Source of the DNA: Candidatus Onthoplasma sp.
GTDB taxonomy: Bacteria > Bacillota > Clostridia > Christensenellales > UBA1242
Length of the DNA: 64,000 bases
Direction: 5' to 3'
Assembly (NCBI GenBank): GCA_045578345.1
Contig: JAZNKB010000008.1
Coordinates: 121,376-185,375, forward strand
Positions 49,288 through 58,992 of the stretch are shown in pieces. The translations under genes were made by a program, and so were the position numbers. Position 1 is the stretch's first letter; the number at the start of each line of letters is the position of its first letter. Below the pieces are notes generated by a model, which was not told the DNA's origin, made no database searches, and saw nothing but the letters and a program-made list of their open reading frames with translations.

Positions 49288-51441
49288 TTATTCAATACCT
49301 TTCATTGTTAGTGAAATTCTTTTCTTTGTTAAGTCAACAGAAAGAACTTTAACTTTAACCTTTTCACCAACTTTAAGCACATCACTTGGATGAGAAATAA
49401 ACGCATTAGAAATTTGAGATATGTGAACAAGACCATCTTGATGAACACCGATATCAACAAAGGCACCAAAGTCGATAACATTTCTCACAACACCATCAAG
49501 AACCATATCTGGTTTCAAATCTTCCATACTCAAAATATCGCTTCTAAGTTCTGGCAACGGCATATCTTCACGAATATCACGACCTGGTTTTAAAAGTTCT
49601 TTAACAATATCTTGAAGAGTTGGAACACCAACACCAATAACTTCTGCAACGCTATTCTCACCCTTTTGATCAATTAAGTTTGGAAGCATGCTAAGTTCAT
49701 TGTTTTTGATATGCTCATGAGTTAAATTAAATAATTTTAACAATTTATTAACAGCGTCATAACTTTCAGGGTGAACTGCAGTGTTATCTAAAATATTATT
49801 ACCATCCGTAATTCTCAAGAAACCTGCACATTGTTCATATGCTTTTGGTCCCATTTTCTTAACGTTCATAAGTTCACTTCTATCACTAATGTGCTTAACT
49901 TGACTGCGGTAATCCACAATGTTTTCAGCAAGGCTGTTTGAAATTCCTGAAACGTAAGCAAGAAGGCTCACTGACGCGGTGTTAAGGTCAACACCAACAC
50001 TGTTAACACAATCTTCCACTGTGTTTGTTAAAACTTCTGTTAAACGGTTTTGAGGCATGTCATGTTGATATTGTCCAACACCGATTGATTTAACATCAAT
50101 TTTAATAAGTTCAGCAAGTGGATCTTGCAATCTTCTTGCAATTGAAACCGCACTACGCAAATTAACATCATAATCTGGGAATTCTTTTGCTGCAAGTTTA
50201 GATGCTGAGTAAACTGATGCCCCTGCTTCGTTTACCATTGCATAACTAACTTTTCTATCTAAAGTTTTAATCATGTCAGCAACCAAAATTTCACTTTCTT
50301 TGCTTGCTGTTCCGTTTCCGATTGCAATAATGTCAACATTATTTTTTGCAATCATTTGACTTAGTTTTACCTTTGCTTCTTCAACCTTGTTTTGTGGTGG
50401 AGTTGGATGAACAACTGCAGTGTCAAGCACGTCCCCTTTTGTGTCAATAACTGCAATTTTACAACCATTATAATATCCAGGGTCATAACCCATGATAACA
50501 TTGTTTTTAAGCGGTGCTTGAAGCAACAATGGTTTTAAGTTAACTTCAAACATTTTAATTGCTTGTTCATTTGCTCTGTCAGTCAATGTTCTTCTACATT
50601 CATTTTCAAGAGATGGGAACAACAATCTATCATAACTATCTTTGATTGTGTCTAAGATGATTTGGTCTGTAAATTCATTTTCTTTTTTATATATTTTTTC
50701 GATTTCAGTTAAAGTTAATTTTTCATTAATTTCAACGTTAACTTTTAAGCAGTCTTCTTTTTCACCACGGTTAAGAGCCAAAATTCTGTGACTTGGAAGT
50801 TTTACAACTTCTCCTTTGAAATCTTTATAGTTTTCATAAGTTTTGTTTTCGTCCGCTTCTTCATCCCAAACAGCAGTGATTTGTGCTTTTTTTGCAATGA
50901 TTTCACGAAGAACTTTTCTTAGATTTGCGTCATCACTAATTCTTTCAGCAATAATATCCATTGCTCCAGCGATTGCTTCTTCAGAGCTCTTCACACCTTT
51001 TTCTTCATCTATGTATTGTGATGCAATATTTTCAACAGGTTCTGTAACTTCTTGCGCTTGAATGATGTCTGCAAGCGGTTCAAGACCTTTTGCAATTGCC
51101 ATTGTAGCCCTTGTTTTACGTTTTGGCTTATATGGCCTATATATATCTTCAACTTCAGTGAGAGTTAACGCATCAGCGAGAGCCTTTGCAATCTCATCAG
51201 TCCATTTTTCTTGTTCCTTGATTACCTTTTCAACTTTTTCTTTTTCTTTGTTAAGGTTTCTTAAATAATTAAGTCTATCAGCAAAGTCACGCAAGACTTG
51301 GTCATCACAAGCACCATGCATTTCTTTACGATAACGCGCAATGAAAGGAATTGTGTTTCCCTCATCAATCAAATTAATGATGTTTTCAGCATATGATTCT
51401 TTAAGATTAAATTCATATGCCAATTGTTGTTGTAATTCCAT
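49288..51441 (-). CDS. tex: Tex-family RNA-binding transcription accessory protein
   Basis: TIPFIARYRKE, DPG, SIARRLQDPLAEL, GVGQYQHD, C-terminal S1. Confidence 0.95.
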   Translation of the reverse strand: MELQQQLAYEFNLKESYAENIINLIDEGNTIPFIARYRKEMHGACDDQVLRDFADRLNYLRNLNKEKEKVEKVIKEQEKWTDEIAKALADALTLTEVEDIYRPYKPKRKTRATMAIAKGLEPLADIIQAQEVTEPVENIASQYIDEEKGVKSSEEAIAGAMDIIAERISDDANLRKVLREIIAKKAQITAVWDEEADENKTYENYKDFKGEVVKLPSHRILALNRGEKEDCLKVNVEINEKLTLTEIEKIYKKENEFTDQIILDTIKDSYDRLLFPSLENECRRTLTDRANEQAIKMFEVNLKPLLLQAPLKNNVIMGYDPGYYNGCKIAVIDTKGDVLDTAVVHPTPPQNKVEEAKVKLSQMIAKNNVDIIAIGNGTASKESEILVADMIKTLDRKVSYAMVNEAGASVYSASKLAAKEFPDYDVNLRSAVSIARRLQDPLAELIKIDVKSIGVGQYQHDMPQNRLTEVLTNTVEDCVNSVGVDLNTASVSLLAYVSGISNSLAENIVDYRSQVKHISDRSELMNVKKMGPKAYEQCAGFLRITDGNNILDNTAVHPESYDAVNKLLKLFNLTHEHIKNNELSMLPNLIDQKGENSVAEVIGVGVPTLQDIVKELLKPGRDIREDMPLPELRSDILSMEDLKPDMVLDGVVRNVIDFGAFVDIGVHQDGLVHISQISNAFISHPSDVLKVGEKVKVKVLSVDLTKKRISLTMKGIE

Positions 51442-51488
51442 GTAATTTTTCCTTTTAATGTTTTGTGAAATAAATACCACTTAAGTTT

Positions 51489-51567
51489 AAGCGAGAATTG
51501 ATTTCCCGAACGACTTAGGCTTTGCGTAGGCAAATCGCCGTTTAGTAAGAGGAAACAATTCGAGATT
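51489..51567. repeat. AACGAGAA...TTCGAGT family unit in the tex 5' leader
   Basis: GCGAGAATTG..GAACGACTTAG..GTTTAGTAAG..CAATTCGAGA. Confidence 0.75.
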
Positions 51568-51698
51568 TCTCACAAACACCTACATTATAGCAAAAACACA
51601 AAAAAACACAAACAATTTTAACTAGCATTTTAAAAAAATTTTCAATCTTGACAAATTTAATTTTATAATGTATAATTCAAAAAATTTAAGGAGACAAA

Positions 51699-52253
51699 AT
51701 GAAACTTTTTGAAAAAATGAACAAAATTTTAAGAGACAACTCTAAAGCAGAATCATATTCACAATATGTTATTGAAGACTTTAAAAGTGTTGAAAATAAA
51801 CTTGAAAAATGGCATGAAATTTCTCACACTCTTTTAACAACCAGAAAAAAATCTGAAACAAAAAATCGTGAAGAATTAGTTTATCATTTATTAAGAATTT
51901 TAGATTACATTGAAGGTAGTTTGGATACATTTGAATATGATTATATTGACCTTTGTCAATTAATTAGAATTAATCCAGACATGAATTTAAAAACAAAAAT
52001 TAATGAACAAGTTTCATATGCTCTATCAACAAAAAGTGAATTAAAAAAACAGTTTGGAATAATTTATAAAAACTTTCAAAACATGGCAAAGAAACTTGAT
52101 GACATTCCAATGAAAGAAATTTTAAAACGCATGCGTGAAGTTTTTGATTTTGGCGGAACAAAACAATATGAAGAATTTGAGTATGTTCAAAAAAAATATT
52201 TAGCAAATAGGTATTGGGATTCAACGTCAATGACTTTTAGACCATTAAGATAA
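51699..52253 (+). CDS. Hypothetical helical protein
   Basis: TTGACA..TATAAT promoter, RBS AAGGAG. Confidence 0.7.
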   Translation: MKLFEKMNKILRDNSKAESYSQYVIEDFKSVENKLEKWHEISHTLLTTRKKSETKNREELVYHLLRILDYIEGSLDTFEYDYIDLCQLIRINPDMNLKTKINEQVSYALSTKSELKKQFGIIYKNFQNMAKKLDDIPMKEILKRMREVFDFGGTKQYEEFEYVQKKYLANRYWDSTSMTFRPLR

Positions 52254-52255
52254 AT

Positions 52256-52288
52256 AAAAAAACGGACGATTTGTCCGTTTTTTTTAAA
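52256..52288. terminator. Bidirectional terminator (copy 1 of a duplicated pair)
   Basis: A7-CGGACG-ATT-TGTCCG-T8. Confidence 0.8.
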
Positions 52289-52568
52289 GGTCTTCAAGCA
52301 CTTCGAAATATCTACCAAGTTCTATTCCGATTTTTAGCGCAAGAATAACGCAGTTATCTTTTTCTTCCCAATCAACATCATGAATATAATCAGCATAAGC
52401 CCGCAACAAATCTTCTATTTTATCTTTCTCTTCATCATTAAAAGAATTTTTAATTTCTTCATAATCTTTCTTCTTTGTTTCAATGAGTTCTTTTAATTCA
52501 AAATGTTTGCTGTTTCTAAAAATTCTTCCCGCTTGAGTTTCTATAATACTTATTAATGTTGTTATCAT
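52284..52568 (-). CDS. Small helical protein (DUF6809-like)
   Basis: RBS AGGAGGTG; C-terminal LALKIGIELG. Confidence 0.6.
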   Translation of the reverse strand: MITTLISIIETQAGRIFRNSKHFELKELIETKKKDYEEIKNSFNDEEKDKIEDLLRAYADYIHDVDWEEKDNCVILALKIGIELGRYFEVLEDL

Positions 52569-52593
52569 TATTCACCTCCTTTGACATTAATAT

Positions 52594-52643
52594 AATATAT
52601 TTTGCGTAACACTGTCAACTGTTTAAAAATATATTTTGCGTAA
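52594..52643. promoter_or_regulatory. Probable operator pair in divergent promoter
   Basis: AATATATTTTGCGTAA at 52594-52609 and 52628-52643; partial inverted copy near 52661. Confidence 0.65.
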
Positions 52644-52684
52644 TATTTTTATTTGTTATTCAAAATATATTATTATATTAATGT

Positions 52685-53110
52685 ATGAGTAAATTTATTG
52701 AAAGATTAAATAAGCTACTTGAAGAAGAAAATTTGTCGGATAGAAAATTGGCAAATGTTTTAGGTATTTCATCATCTCCTATTTGCAATTGGAAAAAAGG
52801 CAAACAGATTCCAACATTAGAAAATGCTGTAAAAATAGCGGATTATTTTAATTGTTCGCTTGATTATTTGTTTGGACTAGTTGAAATTGATGAAAAAGAT
52901 TCTTTTTTAAAGGGAAATTTTAATTTAAGATTAAAGAAAATTTTAAAAGATAAAAAATTAACACAAAAACAACTCAACGAAGCAACAGGTTTTAATAATG
53001 TTAACACTAATGGTTGGTTAAACAAAAATGTTCAACCCGACATGCCAACTGTAATAAGACTTGCTGAATACTTAAATGTTAGTTTAGACTATCTTGCAGG
53101 AAGAGAATAA
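52685..53110 (+). CDS. Tandem double XRE-HTH repressor
   Basis: Two HTH units ending IADYFNCSLDYLFG and LAEYLNVSLDYLAG. Confidence 0.9.
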   Translation: MSKFIERLNKLLEEENLSDRKLANVLGISSSPICNWKKGKQIPTLENAVKIADYFNCSLDYLFGLVEIDEKDSFLKGNFNLRLKKILKDKKLTQKQLNEATGFNNVNTNGWLNKNVQPDMPTVIRLAEYLNVSLDYLAGRE

Positions 53111-53195
53111 CATTCTTCGTATTTGGGATTCTCGACTGCGCTCAGAATGACAATAGTGGGGACAACTTAGGACTCAACCGCGTTACTCTGAAGAC

Positions 53196-53228
53196 AAAAA
53201 AACGGACGAATCGTCCGTTTTTTTTAAA
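53196..53228. terminator. Bidirectional terminator (copy 2)
   Basis: A7-CGGACG-AAT-CGTCCG-T8; 31/33 identical to 52256-52288. Confidence 0.8.
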
Positions 53229-53255
53229 TTTTGTATAAATAATTTAATTACCGCT

Positions 53256-56200
53256 TTATTTATTTTTATAAGTTTGATTTTTTTCTTTTGCATCTTGCGC
53301 ACTTTTGTTTATGAGTTCAGTTTTGTTTTCGCTATTCACTTTGCTTAAAATTGCAAAGCGGTTTTCAGTTTCAACAAAATCTTTATATTCCATTGTTGGC
53401 TCAAAACTGTCAACTTTCATTGGCTCTTCTTTTGATGGATTATATCTAAACAAAGTTGTGTAACCACTCTTCACTGCATTGTTTGCATGTTCTTGCGAGT
53501 GTTTCATGTCATAGCCATGATTAACACATGGAGCATATGCAATGATAACGCTTGGTCCATCATAACTTTCCGCTTCAATGAAAGCTTGCAAGCATTGTTC
53601 AGGATTTGCTCCCATGCTCACTTGCGCAACATAAACATCTTTATATGTCATGAGTATGCTTGCTAAATCTTTCTTCTTTGTTGTTTTTCCTGCAGCATTA
53701 AATTTTGCAACAGCACCGCGCGGAGTTGACTTACTTGTTTGACCGCCAGTGTTTGAATAAACTTCAGTGTCAAGAATTAAAATATTCACATTTTCTCCAC
53801 TTGCAACAACATGGTCTAATCCACCAAAACCGATATCATAAGCCCAGCCATCACCACCAAAAATCCAAACACTTGAATCAACAATCAAATTCAAATTTTC
53901 AAACAAATATTTTTCGTCATTCTTTAATGTATGACCTTTTTGATATTGTTTTAACTTGATAACAATTTCTTTATTATTTTCATGATTTTGTGGATTTTTT
54001 ATGAAATTTTCAATAATTTCACTGATTTTTTTAGAAAATTTCATGTTTTCGAGCGTTTTTATGAAATTTTTTCTTTGATTTTTTCTTGCAATGGAAATCC
54101 CATAACCAAACTCAGCATTGTCTTCAAACAAGCTGTTTGCCCAACTTGGACCAAATCCGCTGTCATCTTTACTGTACGGACAAGTTGGATAAGTTCCACC
54201 ATAAATTGATGAACATCCTGTTGCATTTGCAATGAGCATTCTATCTCCAAAAAGTTGTGTTGCAAGTTTAACGTATGGAGTTTCACCGCATCCTGCACAA
54301 GCCCCGCTAAATTCAAAATATGGTTTTTTATATTGAACATCTTTCACAAACTTAACATCTTCAATTTTATGTTCTTTTTGATTCAATGCAAACTTATAGT
54401 TTTCAAGTTCCTTTTCTCTTATGTCTTCCGCCTGCTCCATCAAAATTGCTTTAACCGGACAAACACTTGCACAAACCCCACAACCAGTGCAATCCAATGG
54501 ACTCACTTGTTGGCGATATTCTCCGCCACCCGCAAACAACATTCTTGTTTCAAAAGTTTTAGGTTTCTTTTTGTTTTCTTCAACAACAACCGGACGAATT
54601 GCCGCATGCGGACAAGCCATGGTGCACCTTCCACATTGAATACATTTTTCACTAATCCAGTTTGGAAGATTTTGTGCAATTGCGCGCTTTTCGAATTTAG
54701 ATGTGTCAGTTGGCATCTTGCCATCTGGAGTAAACTTGCTTACTGGGATATTGTTTCCATCCAAATCTGCTGTTGGTTTTATAATCTCATTATAATAAGC
54801 ATCTTTAACTTCACACTTACAATTCTCAGCGTTTGAAATTGTTAATTTGCTTGTGTCTAATTTTATTATATTTTCTTCAGCATGCTCAATTGCTTTTAAG
54901 TTTGCTTCAACAACTGTTGCACCTTTCTTTGCATAAGTTTTTTCGATTGTTGATTTTATGTTATTTATTGCAACATCATAAGGTAACAATTTTGTGATTT
55001 TAAACAAAGCTGTTTGCATAATTGTGTTGATTTTGCCTTTAAGCCCATTTTCATTTGCAATTTTATCTGCATCTACCAAATAAACTGAAATGTTTTTCAA
55101 ATTAATGTCAACCTTCATTTTTTGCGGCATGATTTTATCTAAAACATGTTCATCATAGTTTGTGTTTATGATGAGAGTTCCATTTTGCTTTAAACAGTCT
55201 GTAATGTCATACTTTTTAACAAATCCTTCGTTATTACACATCACCACATCAACTTGTGTTGCATTAAACGGTGCATTAATTGGCAAGAAACTTGAGCGCA
55301 TATGTGAAACTGTTAAGCTTCCTGATTTTTTGCTGTCGTAATCGAAATAACCTTGAACAAAACTTGCTGTTTCTTTCCCCAAAATTTTAATTGTGTTTTT
55401 AACTGAGCTTACACTTCCATCACTTCCCAAGCCGTAAACACGCATTGAAAAGTCACTGATGTTATCAACAAATTTATTTTCAATTTCCAAACTTGTGTTG
55501 GTTACGTCATCCGTTACTCCAACTGTGAAAAATTCTTTCTTTGCGCTGTTCATGTTATCAAACACAGCAAAAGCCATGTCAGGAGTGAACTCTTTTCCAC
55601 CCAAGCCAAAACACCCCGAATATGTTTTTGCCTTGATGTTGTTTTTATATAGTGCAGACAAAACAAAACTAGTCAACGTGTCTGTTCCATTCACGTCAAG
55701 ATTACGTTCCAAAATTGTTACGTTCTTAACACCCTTTGGAAGCAATTCAATAAACTTCTTTTCATCAAAAGGTTTAAGCATCCTAACTTTAATGATACCA
55801 ACATTACTTTTTTCTTGTTCTTTTGCAAGAGCAAGAACATCTGCCGAACCTCCCATTGTTACAACCACATTTTTTGCATTAACGTCACCAATATACTCAA
55901 TTGTGTCATATGCTCTTCCTGTTATTTCTTCTTGCTTTTTGATTGCCCACTGAAAGTCTTCAATTGAATTTTTATACCTATTCAGTGCAAGGACTCTATT
56001 TTGCATAAACACATCAGGATTTTGATTTGTACCTGCACAATATGGACTATCCACTTTCATCGAACGATTGTTAAATTCAGCAAATATTGTTGAATCAACA
56101 ATCTTCTTTAAGTCACTTAACTCTGTTTGATAAATCGTGTTGAGTTCATGACTTGTTCTGAAACCATCAAAGAAACATATGTATGGAATTTGAGATTTCA

Positions 56201-56678
56201 TACTTGCAAGTTCACAAGCAATTGCAATGTCGTTTACTTCTTGCACGCTCGAACAATTTACAATGTTAAAACCTGTTTTTAAACACGCATACACGTCGCT
56301 ATAATCACAAAAAATATTGAGAGCATGAGTTGCCAAACTTCTTGCTGCCACATAAAACACAGTTGGCAAACCTTCACCTGCAATTTTATACATATTTGGA
56401 ATCATAAGTAGAAGGCCTTGACTTGAAGTGAACGTTGTTGTTTTGCTTCCTGCAACCAAGCTTCCGTGAACGGCCCCAGCAACACCCGCTTCACTTTGCA
56501 TTTGTCTTACAAGAACTTTGTTTCCAAAAATGTTTTGTTTGTTTTCGTTTGCCCAAACATCCACATTCTCAGCCATTGGACTACTTGGTGTTATTGGATA
56601 AATCACCGCAACATCATTAAACATATATGCAATGTTTGAAGCTGCAGTATTTCCATCAATAGTAATCTTTTTCATCAT
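53256..56678 (-). CDS. nifJ: Pyruvate:ferredoxin (flavodoxin) oxidoreductase
   Basis: YPITPSS, two CxxCxxCxxxCP, FSGACAGCGE, GGDGWAYDIG, YSNTGGQ. Confidence 0.96.
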   Translation of the reverse strand: MMKKITIDGNTAASNIAYMFNDVAVIYPITPSSPMAENVDVWANENKQNIFGNKVLVRQMQSEAGVAGAVHGSLVAGSKTTTFTSSQGLLLMIPNMYKIAGEGLPTVFYVAARSLATHALNIFCDYSDVYACLKTGFNIVNCSSVQEVNDIAIACELASMKSQIPYICFFDGFRTSHELNTIYQTELSDLKKIVDSTIFAEFNNRSMKVDSPYCAGTNQNPDVFMQNRVLALNRYKNSIEDFQWAIKKQEEITGRAYDTIEYIGDVNAKNVVVTMGGSADVLALAKEQEKSNVGIIKVRMLKPFDEKKFIELLPKGVKNVTILERNLDVNGTDTLTSFVLSALYKNNIKAKTYSGCFGLGGKEFTPDMAFAVFDNMNSAKKEFFTVGVTDDVTNTSLEIENKFVDNISDFSMRVYGLGSDGSVSSVKNTIKILGKETASFVQGYFDYDSKKSGSLTVSHMRSSFLPINAPFNATQVDVVMCNNEGFVKKYDITDCLKQNGTLIINTNYDEHVLDKIMPQKMKVDINLKNISVYLVDADKIANENGLKGKINTIMQTALFKITKLLPYDVAINNIKSTIEKTYAKKGATVVEANLKAIEHAEENIIKLDTSKLTISNAENCKCEVKDAYYNEIIKPTADLDGNNIPVSKFTPDGKMPTDTSKFEKRAIAQNLPNWISEKCIQCGRCTMACPHAAIRPVVVEENKKKPKTFETRMLFAGGGEYRQQVSPLDCTGCGVCASVCPVKAILMEQAEDIREKELENYKFALNQKEHKIEDVKFVKDVQYKKPYFEFSGACAGCGETPYVKLATQLFGDRMLIANATGCSSIYGGTYPTCPYSKDDSGFGPSWANSLFEDNAEFGYGISIARKNQRKNFIKTLENMKFSKKISEIIENFIKNPQNHENNKEIVIKLKQYQKGHTLKNDEKYLFENLNLIVDSSVWIFGGDGWAYDIGFGGLDHVVASGENVNILILDTEVYSNTGGQTSKSTPRGAVAKFNAAGKTTKKKDLASILMTYKDVYVAQVSMGANPEQCLQAFIEAESYDGPSVIIAYAPCVNHGYDMKHSQEHANNAVKSGYTTLFRYNPSKEEPMKVDSFEPTMEYKDFVETENRFAILSKVNSENKTELINKSAQDAKEKNQTYKNK

Positions 56679-56814
56679 TCTCTCCTTTTAAAAATGTTTA
56701 TCCTAATTATCTTTAATATAAGTATAAAACAAGTTTTTTTTTATTGCAAATAAATTTATAACATTTTGAACTCCTAAGATTTACTTTTTACAAATGTTGT
56801 GTTACAATATTTTT

Positions 56815-57642
56815 ATGAAAGATTTACACATTCACACAAAATATTCTGACGGCGAACTTGATGAACATGAAATTATTAATGAAGTTTTAAATTCAAATGT
56901 TAGGGAGTTTGCCATTGCCGACCATGACACAATTGAAGGAAGCAAACGTGTTTATAACATTCTTAATGTTAACAATTTAGGTTTAACGTTTCACCCTTCA
57001 GTTGAACTCACTTGCAGAGTTAACACTTATCTTAACGGAATTAATGTTCATTTGCTTGTTCAAGACTTTGATTATGATAATTCAGCATTATTAGATTTGA
57101 TTGACGAAGTGTCTGCCCTTCGCTTTAAAAAAATTCAAATTATGGTTGATTTTATTGAGAAAGAATATGGTGTTATCATCCCTAAAGATGTTTTACAAAA
57201 AAAGATTACTGAAACAAAATCGTTTGGCAAACCACACCTTTATTCAATCTTGCAAAAACTTGGTGATTTCGACAGAGAAAAATATTATCGAACAATGGAC
57301 AAACTTGATACATCTTGTTTGAAATTAGATGCAAAGAAAGTTATTGAAACACTTAAAGATTCTTGCAATGTTGTTCTCGCTCACCCTGTTGAAATTATGG
57401 ATGAATATAATTTTAACTATGATGAGATTGAAAGATTGATTGCTTATTTGAAAAGTTTAGGATTGGCTGGAGTTGAAACATACCACAGCAAGCAAACAAA
57501 ACAAATGCAAGAAAGGTTAACTGAATTTGCAAAGAAATATAATCTTTACGAAAGTTATGGAAGTGATTTCCACGGCGAACACGTAAAACCAAATTTAAAA
57601 ATTGGTCAAATCGTAAAAAAGGAAAAATTATGCGATATTTAA
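56815..57642 (+). CDS. PHP-domain phosphoesterase
   Basis: DLHIHTKYSDG, ADHDT, LAHP, GSDFHG. Confidence 0.92.
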   Translation: MKDLHIHTKYSDGELDEHEIINEVLNSNVREFAIADHDTIEGSKRVYNILNVNNLGLTFHPSVELTCRVNTYLNGINVHLLVQDFDYDNSALLDLIDEVSALRFKKIQIMVDFIEKEYGVIIPKDVLQKKITETKSFGKPHLYSILQKLGDFDREKYYRTMDKLDTSCLKLDAKKVIETLKDSCNVVLAHPVEIMDEYNFNYDEIERLIAYLKSLGLAGVETYHSKQTKQMQERLTEFAKKYNLYESYGSDFHGEHVKPNLKIGQIVKKEKLCDI

Positions 57643-58346
57643 TGATTGTTCAATATAATGGTCTTAATTACAATGGTTTTCAAAAGCAAAAAAACGGAAA
57701 CACCATTCAAAATTTTTTGGAAAACGCTTTAAAAACAATTTTAAAAGAAGACGTGACAACAATTGGAAGTGGCAGAACTGACGCAAAAGTTTCAGCTTTC
57801 ATGCAACCAGTGCATTTTGACACTGAAAATGAAATTGACACAAAAAAAGTTATAAATTCTCTCAATGGAATTTTACCCGCCGACATAAAAGTTTTGTCTT
57901 TAATTAAGTCTAATCTTCATGCAAGATTTGATGCAAAAAGAAAAACCTATTGTTACAAAATGTATGTTTCAAATGTTGATTTACCGCTTTATAATAATGC
58001 CTTAAGACTAAGTCCAAACCTTGATTTCAAGGCAATGAAAAAGTTTTTAAAAATGATTGTTGGGACACATGATTTTAAGTGTTTTCAAGCAAGCGGAAGT
58101 GAAACTGAAACAAGTGTGCGAACAATTTTCTCAGCAAAACTGAAAAAAGAAAATCAATATTTAAATTTTTACATCACAGGCAATGGATTCTTATATAAAA
58201 TGGTTAGAAACATTGTTGGCACAATGCTGAAAGTTGGCGAACATAAACTAAATTTAAAAGAACTTAAAAACACGTTATTCACCACTTTCAAAGCAACCAA
58301 CACTGCCAAACCAGAACATCTTTACATGATGAATGTTGAATATTAA
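57630..58346 (+). CDS. truA: tRNA pseudouridine(38-40) synthase
   Basis: GSGRTDAKV, HARF, GFLYKMVRNIVG. Confidence 0.95.
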   Translation: MRYLMIVQYNGLNYNGFQKQKNGNTIQNFLENALKTILKEDVTTIGSGRTDAKVSAFMQPVHFDTENEIDTKKVINSLNGILPADIKVLSLIKSNLHARFDAKRKTYCYKMYVSNVDLPLYNNALRLSPNLDFKAMKKFLKMIVGTHDFKCFQASGSETETSVRTIFSAKLKKENQYLNFYITGNGFLYKMVRNIVGTMLKVGEHKLNLKELKNTLFTTFKATNTAKPEHLYMMNVEY

Positions 58347-58510
58347 CTCGTTGGTGGTTACAAAACACTAAGTCATTCAAGCAATCAAACTTCACTTTAG
58401 GATAAAACAGATATCTTATCAAAAAAAAGACATCTTTTTGAATGAACAGCACCCATTAAATGACACACTATAAAAAGACAGAAATGAGACCAAGATATTG
58501 GTCTCATTTC

Positions 58511-58920
58511 TTATTTGTAAAAAATATCTTCATCTACTTTTACGCCAAACTTCAATGCTGGGTCATCATCGTGAAATGATTTATCCATTTTTTTAAATTT
58601 TTGTAATTGTTCTTGTGTATGCTTTTTCATTTCAGGGAATTTACTAAAAGCAATAATATTAGCATCATCTTTTACGCGCTTTTTTACTTCATAAACTCCA
58701 TCACATAAAGATACGTACGAAAATTGAGTTAATGTTTTTTAAACATCTTGCACAATAAATCTAATTTTATTTGTATCACCTTCATCTAAACGGTCTGCGG
58801 AGAGATACAATAATTATATAGGTCTTCTTCTGTAAATATTTTATCTTCGATACACATAAACATTCCCGATTTTCTATTTATATAATTAATAATTAAATTA
58901 CAATAGCTTTGTGGTGTCAT
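58511..58920 (-). pseudogene. Decayed ~136-codon passenger gene inside the IS
   Basis: RBS AGGAG + ATG 58920; reading restored by one frameshift near 58800 and read-through of TAA near 58740; ends TAA 58511, followed by a perfect hairpin at 58481-58510. Confidence 0.55.
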
Positions 58921-58992
58921 AACTTCTCCTTAAAAGTATAGAAAGTATAACATATTTGAAAAATAATTACAATACCTAATTAAAAAATTAAA

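Noticed and set aside
52284-53110. Prophage
   Set aside because: Only a repressor-like switch; no integrase, replication or structural genes
54059-55953. Long antisense/alternative-frame ORFs within nifJ
   Set aside because: Expected shadows of a conserved gene
58739-58741. Programmed stop read-through or recoding in the IS passenger
   Set aside because: A frameshift is also needed to restore the frame, and other genes use the standard code, so decay is simpler
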